From Corallochytrium limacisporum Hawaii (lineage: Eukaryota; Protista; Pluriformea), in assembly GCA_002811645.1 (NCBI GenBank), contig PDIP01000020.1, positions 1 through 64,000 on the forward strand: a DNA stretch of 64,000 nt, given 5' to 3'. This document shows positions 56,069 through 64,000 of this stretch, piece by piece. Within the stretch, counting starts at the first letter, position 1. The number at the start of each line of letters is the position of its first letter. The notes below the pieces were generated by a model. That model was not told the DNA's origin. It worked only from the letters and a program-made list of their open reading frames with translations, and made no database searches. Both the position numbers and the translations under genes were made by a program.

Positions 56069-58369
56069 ATGTTGAAACCTAGCAGGGACTATGTCCTCAA
56101 ACAAACGAATCAGCGGCTAGACTTTACCAATAGTCTTACGGTAGCCCTTGATCCGTTTGCAGCGTTAGATAACCATAAAGAGACTCGGCAAGGCTGGAGG
56201 ATTCAGCACCATAGCGATGATCTGATTCGGTGTGCCCACTGCAGTGGGTACCTTGGTCCGCACTGTCGGCTTAGCGACAAACCGATCTGGCTATGTGGGC
56301 TTTGCATGCAGTCGAATCCGAACAAGAACATGAAAGTGAAAGCAAAGTACTGGCAGATGGCAAATACACCCGCAGCTGCGTACTCTCAACCAGGATCGTC
56401 CTTGGTAATGAGGTTCCATGTATTGGTTGTGGATGGCCATGCAAACGATCAGGAATATCGGAATAGGATGATCGAGCAGGTTGTAGCAGACTTACGTACA
56501 CTTACAGGGGACTTTCTGGCTGGTGTCATCATTGTCAGCCAGAGTCATGTGTCCAATGTTTGCTGTCCCTCGAACGGCAGCAATGACTTCTTCGTACAGA
56601 GGCAGCGGGTCTCATACGCCGCCTCGGACAGTACGGGTCTGTATCGATTGGTGGGTGAGGATGAATTCCTGATGACGAGCACTGCAGCACATACTAAGCT
56701 TTCGGAAACAATCGACCAAACCATACAGCTTGCTCTTGAAGAATCAGCGGGGTCCAAAGCATACCCCGAGGATCTGAGTCCCATTGAGTTTGCCACTGAA
56801 TACGTGGCAGACTACCTACAAGACATTAAAGCCAACGATGGAGACTACATGGTGGCTGAGATCCAAGTCTACGGAGGTCTTGCGTCCATAGAGCACTGGA
56901 GCCCCCACGTGGAAAGCACGGGACCTTCTTGGGTTCCGCTGACGGACCGGTCTCGGGAAATTATTCAGAAGGCTCAAGATATGAAGTGCGCTGTGAGCGT
57001 CACATCCATGGATGATCGGGCGGAAACAGCAACCGGACGTCGTATGCGTCAGTTCCGACGGACCTGCACAATGGTACAAGTTACTGGGGGATCGTTTGCG
57101 CATGGTGCTGGGGAGCGCGAGACCAATAGTACTGGACGCAACCGCCCTCGTGAACTATATGATGTATCCATTGTGGTTCGTGTGAGTCCAAACTTGCGGG
57201 TCAACGATGTCCTTCCGGATGCCCGGTCTGTCACGGTAAGGAGCAGCCGAAGGAGCAGTTCAGACAGTGAAAATAGCTTTGGACGAAAGCTTGGAGAGGA
57301 CAGTGATCGACTCAAACGAAAATTCAAGATCAAGTCGCTACGCAGGAGCACAGATTCTAAACAGCAGCAAGTGGACCTTCTTACGACAATCACTATTCCT
57401 GTGTGGCGAGAAGGAAACGGAACGATGATCAATCTCACATCCTCCATGTTCGATCACTCCAACGACGCCGATCACAAGCCTTCGTACGTTTCATGGGTCA
57501 GGAACCTCTTCCACAACATTCTGCGTCCCCAGCCCACACAAATTGGCCATCACACGCCACCAGCATTCTTTAGTTGTGGAGTCGTACAGGTGGCCATGGA
57601 GGGCATGATTGCAATCAAAGAAACTCTGGGACATCGCCTCTATAAGCGGATCCGCCTTGTTGAGAGCCATCAGTTTGAGATGACCAACGCATTTTTGCCG
57701 CTGTTCCAGACCATGCACGCCTCTGCTTTGACACAGAGCATGTACAGCAATGCGCTGAGGGAGATGGAAGAGGCAGGATTCGTGGACACGAAGGCGTATG
57801 TACAAAAAGCATTTAGTGACCGGCTTCAGATGCTCAGTGAGGAGATGGGTCTATCGAAGCATCTTAACGATGATGCCGTGTTGCGTCATGTTGCCACAAA
57901 GGCGAAGAAACTTCCGCGTTTCCGCAGTGCTCTTCAGACTGTGGTGGTCATGCTGCAGATGTGCCAGACATGTATGACGAACGGTACGAATTCCCCGGAT
58001 CCATACATGACCATGCACAGTCTGGCCACTTGCAGTGGTGAAAAGTTCTCCAACATCTTTGGCATCAGACGTCACCAGGTGCAGTCATCGGTGTGGATCT
58101 TTGATGAGTCTCGTGAGACTTTGAGGCCAGACCAGGTGATCCACCTCGAAGGAGTCCATGATTCTCTACACTTTAACTATCTTGTTGAACGCATCCGCTC
58201 TGGCCACTCCGAGCCATTTGCCATTGCTATCAAGCTTCATACTGTTGGCATCTTCATTGCCTCCAATGAAGGCGGCGCCAGCCATGGCGTCAACGCTATT
58301 CTTGATGCCATAAAGGCTGACAAATACGTCGGTCCCGAAGCCAATACCATCCATCATTGGCGTTTGTAG
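56069..58369 (+). CDS. Highly divergent Sec23/Sec24-like protein (Zn finger, vWA-like, beta-sandwich)
   Basis: RCAHCSGYLGPH...WLCGLCMQSN zinc finger, FHVLVVDG vWA strand, TGGS, IVVRVSPNLRV, KRIRLV. Confidence 0.65.
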   Translation: MLKPSRDYVLKQTNQRLDFTNSLTVALDPFAALDNHKETRQGWRIQHHSDDLIRCAHCSGYLGPHCRLSDKPIWLCGLCMQSNPNKNMKVKAKYWQMANTPAAAYSQPGSSLVMRFHVLVVDGHANDQEYRNRMIEQVVADLRTLTGDFLAGVIIVSQSHVSNVCCPSNGSNDFFVQRQRVSYAASDSTGLYRLVGEDEFLMTSTAAHTKLSETIDQTIQLALEESAGSKAYPEDLSPIEFATEYVADYLQDIKANDGDYMVAEIQVYGGLASIEHWSPHVESTGPSWVPLTDRSREIIQKAQDMKCAVSVTSMDDRAETATGRRMRQFRRTCTMVQVTGGSFAHGAGERETNSTGRNRPRELYDVSIVVRVSPNLRVNDVLPDARSVTVRSSRRSSSDSENSFGRKLGEDSDRLKRKFKIKSLRRSTDSKQQQVDLLTTITIPVWREGNGTMINLTSSMFDHSNDADHKPSYVSWVRNLFHNILRPQPTQIGHHTPPAFFSCGVVQVAMEGMIAIKETLGHRLYKRIRLVESHQFEMTNAFLPLFQTMHASALTQSMYSNALREMEEAGFVDTKAYVQKAFSDRLQMLSEEMGLSKHLNDDAVLRHVATKAKKLPRFRSALQTVVVMLQMCQTCMTNGTNSPDPYMTMHSLATCSGEKFSNIFGIRRHQVQSSVWIFDESRETLRPDQVIHLEGVHDSLHFNYLVERIRSGHSEPFAIAIKLHTVGIFIASNEGGASHGVNAILDAIKADKYVGPEANTIHHWRL

Positions 58370-60324
58370 ATATCATCCCTTGCACATCCTTCCCTGTTTC
58401 CTTTCACGAAACACAAAAAGAAAAAATAAGCAAAAAGAAGAACCTCGCCTGTGTGAGAAGCATCCATCATTTCCATCATAACTGACATCATCATCAACAT
58501 AGTATTACATCCATCGATTTCTGATCTAGGGCGAGACGCCCTAACGCCATTTCTTACATGTATGCCTCAGAGGGCCGCAGGCCTCATTTTCACTTCCGGG
58601 TTAGCCTCAAGTACTCCCGCCTGGGGCCCACCGCCACCTCTAAACCCCCCCCTTTTTCTCTCCCCCGACAGAGCGCGGTAGACCAACGAAGGAAAACAGA
58701 CAAAAAAAAAATAGAGGAAGAAAATGTAAGTTAGCAGCCCGGTTTTTAGGTATCTCCCTCGAAAAGCCCCCCCCCCCGGGCGACGTTACCACAAAGAATA
58801 TACTACGTACACTGTTGCTCCGTATTTTGTATACACACTCCGTCACCGCCCATCGTGCCAAACACCGCTCTCTGCCACGACACACCGCCAAGGGGGCCGT
58901 TGCAAAAGATTCTGTTTTGGCCTCGATTGGTTTTTCGTATACTTTCGGCCCAGGGTGGTTCCCAAGTGTCCCTCCTTTCTTTTATCATTTTTTCTCTAGG
59001 AATCCGTGCGCGGGTAAAAACTCTTACCAACCATCGGGCGTTGGTCGGACTAACCGCTTCTCCCGTGATCTCCCGCGGTTTTTTGTTTAATACTTTTACG
59101 AGCCGGAGAGGGAGGGAGGGGGGTTGTGCCGCCTTTTCCCCTCGCTCCCCCCCCCCCTCCCTCTTCGCTAGTGTGAGTCTTGGCTAGGCCTTTGGTTCAA
59201 GACTTCCTTCCCCCCCCCCTTCCCCTGGGGAGGGGCGGTGGTTCATTCCTTTGCTTCGCTATACTCCTATGCTCTGCTCTTGCTCCTGCCCCACACAGCC
59301 CCTTCGGTGATTGCCCTTCCTCCGTTTATTTTTTAGTGTGTTTTTTATTCGTTGGGGTTGGGAAGGCTCTGGAAGGTGAGAAGCGAGGAGAGGGAAGGGG
59401 GAGAGAGAGAGCGAGGGAGCCCACAGGGAAAAAGGACGGGACGGCACGGTCAGGTGCGGCAAACCACCGGCCCCCCCCCGGGGGGGGTGAGTGGATCCCA
59501 ATTTTCTCTCTCTTTTTTTTTTCTTCTCTATGGCGCTCCGCAAAAAAACTTTCCAGGGCCTCGCCTGCGTGCGTGTGTGTGTGTTGGGAGTGGGCTCCCC
59601 GCGGCCCCCTCCCCCGCGGGGCGGCCTTGTGGCCGGTGCATTTTAGCGGTCTTTGCCTTGTTGCCCACTTTCGTTTTCCTTGCCACCACTTGCCACCCCC
59701 CACCCCCCCGAAGCCCGGGGGGGCCTTGCTACTTACTTGCTAAAAGACCCTTGGAGAGCCCCGGGAAAAAGGAGGGAGGGGGGGGGAAGCGAGAGTATGG
59801 GCGGGGAAAAGTTACGGCGGCGGGAGGAGGTGACGGTGGGGAAGGGAGGAGGGAGGGCGGTGCCGAGCGAACCGCACACGGACGATGGGAGCGGCCGCAC
59901 ACACACGCACAAAAGAAGTCTGAGAAGGAAACCGGAGGCTCGTAAACTTTGTGCGTCGTCTGTGAATGCAGGGTCTGCAAGACGGCAGCAGTTGTTTCCT
60001 TTGGGACGTGGGTGTGCTAGTACATTGAATTTCAAAGTTGGGAAAAGTTTGTCCTAGACCTTACGAAGGGAATCCAGCCGTCAAAACATACGTCTATGAC
60101 GACTATTTGAGTTGCATTCCCGAACAACCATGACAAGGAAATTCTGTTTATGGTTGCAGGATGTGACAGTAATATTCATGGGAAAACAAACCCTCAGGTT
60201 CGAATCTGTTGATATTATTTTACGAAAAGATGTGTAAAGAATAAACAACACGGAAACACAGTATACAAACCAAAACATTGCATGGAACAACTCTAATTCG
60301 GTGCCAACTGCAAAAATAACAAAT

Positions 60325-62904
60325 ATGGGAGATCCATACCGTCAGGGACAGTACCACCAGGGTGGCCACCAGGGACCACCACCACCACCACCACCGGGTG
60401 ACCAACAGCATCCACACTACGCTGCCTACCAGGGACCTCCTCCTCCGCAGCCCATGGGGTCATATCAGGGCATGCCTCCACAGCATGGGCCACCACCACC
60501 TCACCACTACGACAATATGGGACGGCAGGGCACGCCGCCTCAGCACCCCGGCATGGCCCCAATGTATAGAGGCGCACCGCCGCCCCCAGGGCCGCCGGGT
60601 GGATACGCTAGAGGTCCGCCACCTCCTCCACCGCCAGCGGCTTACGGTCAAGCTCCTCCACCACCGGGATCGCGGGGCGGTTATGCACCTCCTCCACCGC
60701 ATGGGTCCTACGGTCAGCAGCAGGCGCCTCCGCCTCCAGGCCACTATCACCAGGGCCCACCACCTCAGCACGGGTCTCAGAGTCAGTATATGATGCCTCC
60801 ACCGGGCATGCACTACCAACAGGGCCCCCCTCCGCCGCCTGGCCACGCTCCTCCCCCACCTCAACACAGCGCTCCCCCGCAGCAGCAGCAGATACCACCT
60901 CGTGTGTCACCACACCCGCAAAAGGATCGTCCAGGTTCCAAGGGACCTCAATCACAGAAGCAGCAATCGGTTAAGAAGGAAGAGGGAGCACCTAGTACTC
61001 CCAAGACATCACAGCAGCAGCAGCCTCAGGCTCCTGGTAGCTCGGGTCGCCAGTCCCAAGAGCAGCAGCGACCTGGATCAAGTGGTCCTCCTCAGCGTCC
61101 TGCTTCGGGTCAGCAACCGTCGCCTGCTCACCAGCAACAGCAGCCACCGCAGCAACCCGCAACCTACCATCAACAGCAGTACCCGGGCTACGGTCCGCCT
61201 CCCCCGGGACAGCCCCCACAGTACTCTGCTCATCCGAACGGAGCACCACCCCCGCCGCCGCCGCAGCAGCAAGGATCATACGGTTATGCAGAGAGGCCGC
61301 CAGAACCGGGTACTCAGGCGAACCGCAGCCAGGGACAGAAGGGAAGCTATAATCGCAACAAAGGTCCCGGTTCCCGTGGTCCTCAGCCACAGCAAGCACA
61401 GCAGCATGGCAGCTATGGCAAAGCACCACCGCCTCCTGCGCCTTATCAGCAGGGACCACCTCCTCCACAGCAACAGTACCAGCAACACGGGCCCCCTCCA
61501 CAGTACTACCAGCAACATGGCCCCCCTCCGGCTCATCCACCGCCTCCCCAGGGGCCATATCAGGGACAGCCTCAGTATGGACCGCCGCCACCTGTGCCGC
61601 AGCCTCAACAACAGCCCGCGCAGGACCAGAAGGCACAACGACAGCCGTCGCCCAAGCAGGGTCCTCCACCGCCGCCTGCTTCTCAGCAGCAGCCGCAACA
61701 GGCCCCTGTACCTCCGCAGCAGCCTAGTCCCGCCAAACCCCCCCAACCTACGCCCCAGAAACAGCAAAGCGCATCCCAGCAGGCGCAGCAACAGGCCCCG
61801 GCGCCACCCCAGCAGGCTCCTCCTCAGCCTTCTCCTGCCCCTCCGCAACAACAACCACAGCAGCCTCCACCAGCGCCTGCCCATCCAGGTCCTGAAGCAT
61901 CTGCCGCCGCCAATGCGCTCGATGCTCTTGCCTATGCGGCCAACCAGGCGCCTGTGCCTGAGACAACGGGCAACAAGCGCGATGCCGGGGACTCTGCAGA
62001 TCAACCAGACGCGAAGCAACGCAAGGCCAGCGGCAGTGGTAAGGAAGCCTCGGCCGCTGCCAACGCGGCCGTGGCCGCAGCGGCTGCGGCGGCTGCCTCT
62101 GCAGCCGCCGTTCCAGACAAAGGTCCCGCTCCAGGGCTGCCAACGGGCATCAGTGATTCCTCTGCGGTTGCGGCCGCTGCTTTGCAGACAGCAGCAGCAA
62201 CCGCAGCAGCTCAGGCCGCAGCTGCCGCGGCTCCTCCCGGTGCCCGGGCCGCACCTGTGGTGCCTCGGCGCGACGGTGAGGTGCTGTTTACCACCGAAGA
62301 CAATCCTGGTCCGGACGAGGATGATGCAGGAGTGGTGCGTGAAGTACTTCGTCTGCGCAAACGTGTGAACCCGAGCGTCTTCAACGGTGCCCCGCGCTCG
62401 TTCTTTGGCCATCCAAGCGGCCTGCCTGACGTGGATGGCATTCCGTACCATATTGAAAGGCCAGAGTACATCATCCAGCGGGAACGTCCGAAGACCACGC
62501 TCAAGAGCCTTAGCAACAGTGAGGACATTCTTGAAACGCTGGAGGGCCACAAGCTGGATGAGGCAGCATCGCAGGTCTTTGGGCAGATTACAGCGGAGGA
62601 GAAGAGCTTCGAAGAGATCGTAAACGAGGCATCCAAAAGCTTGGCCAAGTGGAAGAGCGCGTTTGACCGTGTAAGTAGTCGGTCCGGGGTGGCCAGCTAC
62701 ACGGAACTAGACGACCGGTTGCGCATGGCTCGGGATAAGCAAATGATTGTCATGACTCATCTGAAATCGGCGAACAACCAACTCAAGAAGATCGTTGACC
62801 ACAAGCGCCGCGCGTTGCGCATTGTCAACTCCCAGCGCCCGACCCAGACCACATCTGCCAGCAATGGTGAAACACCCCGTTCCGTAAAGTCGCAAGGACA
62901 ATGA
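60325..62904 (+). CDS. Pro/Gln/Tyr/Gly-rich low-complexity protein with a C-terminal helical domain
   Basis: 859 codons from the first ATG: prion-like N-terminus, poly-Ala stretches, bipartite NLS-like KRDAG...KQRK, coiled-coil C-terminus. Confidence 0.85.
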   Translation: MGDPYRQGQYHQGGHQGPPPPPPPGDQQHPHYAAYQGPPPPQPMGSYQGMPPQHGPPPPHHYDNMGRQGTPPQHPGMAPMYRGAPPPPGPPGGYARGPPPPPPPAAYGQAPPPPGSRGGYAPPPPHGSYGQQQAPPPPGHYHQGPPPQHGSQSQYMMPPPGMHYQQGPPPPPGHAPPPPQHSAPPQQQQIPPRVSPHPQKDRPGSKGPQSQKQQSVKKEEGAPSTPKTSQQQQPQAPGSSGRQSQEQQRPGSSGPPQRPASGQQPSPAHQQQQPPQQPATYHQQQYPGYGPPPPGQPPQYSAHPNGAPPPPPPQQQGSYGYAERPPEPGTQANRSQGQKGSYNRNKGPGSRGPQPQQAQQHGSYGKAPPPPAPYQQGPPPPQQQYQQHGPPPQYYQQHGPPPAHPPPPQGPYQGQPQYGPPPPVPQPQQQPAQDQKAQRQPSPKQGPPPPPASQQQPQQAPVPPQQPSPAKPPQPTPQKQQSASQQAQQQAPAPPQQAPPQPSPAPPQQQPQQPPPAPAHPGPEASAAANALDALAYAANQAPVPETTGNKRDAGDSADQPDAKQRKASGSGKEASAAANAAVAAAAAAAASAAAVPDKGPAPGLPTGISDSSAVAAAALQTAAATAAAQAAAAAAPPGARAAPVVPRRDGEVLFTTEDNPGPDEDDAGVVREVLRLRKRVNPSVFNGAPRSFFGHPSGLPDVDGIPYHIERPEYIIQRERPKTTLKSLSNSEDILETLEGHKLDEAASQVFGQITAEEKSFEEIVNEASKSLAKWKSAFDRVSSRSGVASYTELDDRLRMARDKQMIVMTHLKSANNQLKKIVDHKRRALRIVNSQRPTQTTSASNGETPRSVKSQGQ

Positions 62905-63504
62905 TTACAAGGTTAAAAGAGAAACTAAACAATAACTTAGCATATTGGCCTGTTGAATTATAGATGCCCCGGGAGAGGAAGAAAGGAGAGAAGAAACAAG
63001 GAGATCAAACTCAAGCTTCAACCTGCCCGTGATTACAAATCGACCGGTCGTTGCTGACATGGTTTGCCTTTCCCATCCTCCTTCCCGAGCGCTCTGTGGT
63101 TGCTACATGTTATATTCTGAGATATTGAGTTGGCCTGTAGAAAATTTTTTTGATAGTTTTGCAAATAGGATGACGGCCTCTGCATCATCTGTTGATCCTT
63201 ACCCGTGCCATGGCCCAGCGAATACAGTGGATGGGAGCTTTACGATCCAAACTAAACTGGAGAATCTGCAACTTCGGAGGTAACTTGTCCGAGTGCGTCA
63301 GAGACAAGCTCTAGAGACTGCGATGATAACATAGCTCCTGTTGGCTACTAGTGCTACAAAAGGTCTTACAAGTATGTACAAAAAGATGAGCTGTCTTCTC
63401 TTCACACCTCTTGAAACTTGCATCGTTCCCATCACATAAAGACCCAGTCAAAGAGCTCACAGAGCTAATGGCAGCATGTGGATATTGGTAAACAGAGCCT
63501 CCCT

Positions 63505-63711
63505 CTAGGACTCAGCATCGTCATCGTAGTTGGGGTCACCCTTGTCGAGGACAGCAGGGCCGGATTGATCGGTCGCGGCTCCCCAGTTGTGACCACCACG
63601 GCCTCCTTTCTTGGCTCCCTCGTTGATGGCGTGTCCAGTGCCGCTATGGCGAGGCATGTGAGACTCGTGGCCTTTAGGAGGATTGTGAGAGGTAGTTGGT
63701 CCCTTGGTCAT
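63505..63711 (-). CDS. 68-aa microprotein with SERBP1/Stm1/PDCD4-type ribosome-binding motif
   Basis: RHSGTG...AKKGGRGGHNWG...LDKGDPNYDDD; ACAACC-type start context (GCAACC-ATG). Confidence 0.82.
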   Translation of the reverse strand: MTKGPTTSHNPPKGHESHMPRHSGTGHAINEGAKKGGRGGHNWGAATDQSGPAVLDKGDPNYDDDAES

Positions 63712-64000
63712 GGTTGCAAGTTGTAAACTGGCTGTTCGTAGGAAGAACTCTAACGTCCAGTCAAACGGATTCTGTTAGGATTGTTACCAAATAAGATTTG
63801 TGGTTTGTGCGGACATCAATTCGTCCATCCGCGCTTACAAATCCCCGCCACTAAAGTACCCGCAGGTACTGTGATTCACTGATCATATCCGTGGCCTCTG
63901 CAATACAGGAAGGAATAGCAACACATCGTTGCCTGCCCCATCTCTGTGTCCCAGTGTTTGTTGTGTATGTCTGTGTGCTATGGCTCGCTGACCACATCCC

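Noticed and set aside
58527-58543. 7-bp hairpin TAGGGCG-AGA-CGCCCTA
   Set aside because: Too short to be distinguished from chance.

Overview
Gene-dense, very intron-poor eukaryotic genomic DNA. A full SOS architecture alongside fungal-like genes suggests a unicellular holozoan (Corallochytrium-like); this is an inference. About 24 protein-coding genes are supported: EIF4A3, RMD1-family, SOS, SPCS3 (spliced), PP2A B56, a D-box tail-anchored coiled-coil protein, DMAC1-like, BCKDHA, a shortened MFAP1, a small membrane protein, NSL1-like, TAPT1, ALDH3, PINX1, Polo kinase, VPS26, AVT3/4, calcineurin B, a spliced CxxS thioredoxin-fold protein, a divergent Sec23/24-like protein, a Pro/Gln-rich protein and a 68-aa PDCD4/SERBP1-motif microprotein, plus two weaker small ORFs. 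Only two introns are well supported, both with yeast-like GTAAGT/RCTAAC/CAG signals. Intergenic DNA carries recurrent C(n)G(n) palindromes, microsatellites, two assembly gaps, a ~7 kb ORF-poor desert and a probable CRAL-TRIO pseudogene. I found no tRNA, rRNA, CRISPR or mobile element, and no clearly new multi-gene system. The best leads are the stand-alone ribosome-binding microprotein, a putative E2F/CHR/Myb mitotic regulon that includes an orphan D-box membrane protein, and the C(n)G(n) elements. All family calls come from motif recognition by eye, without database searches.
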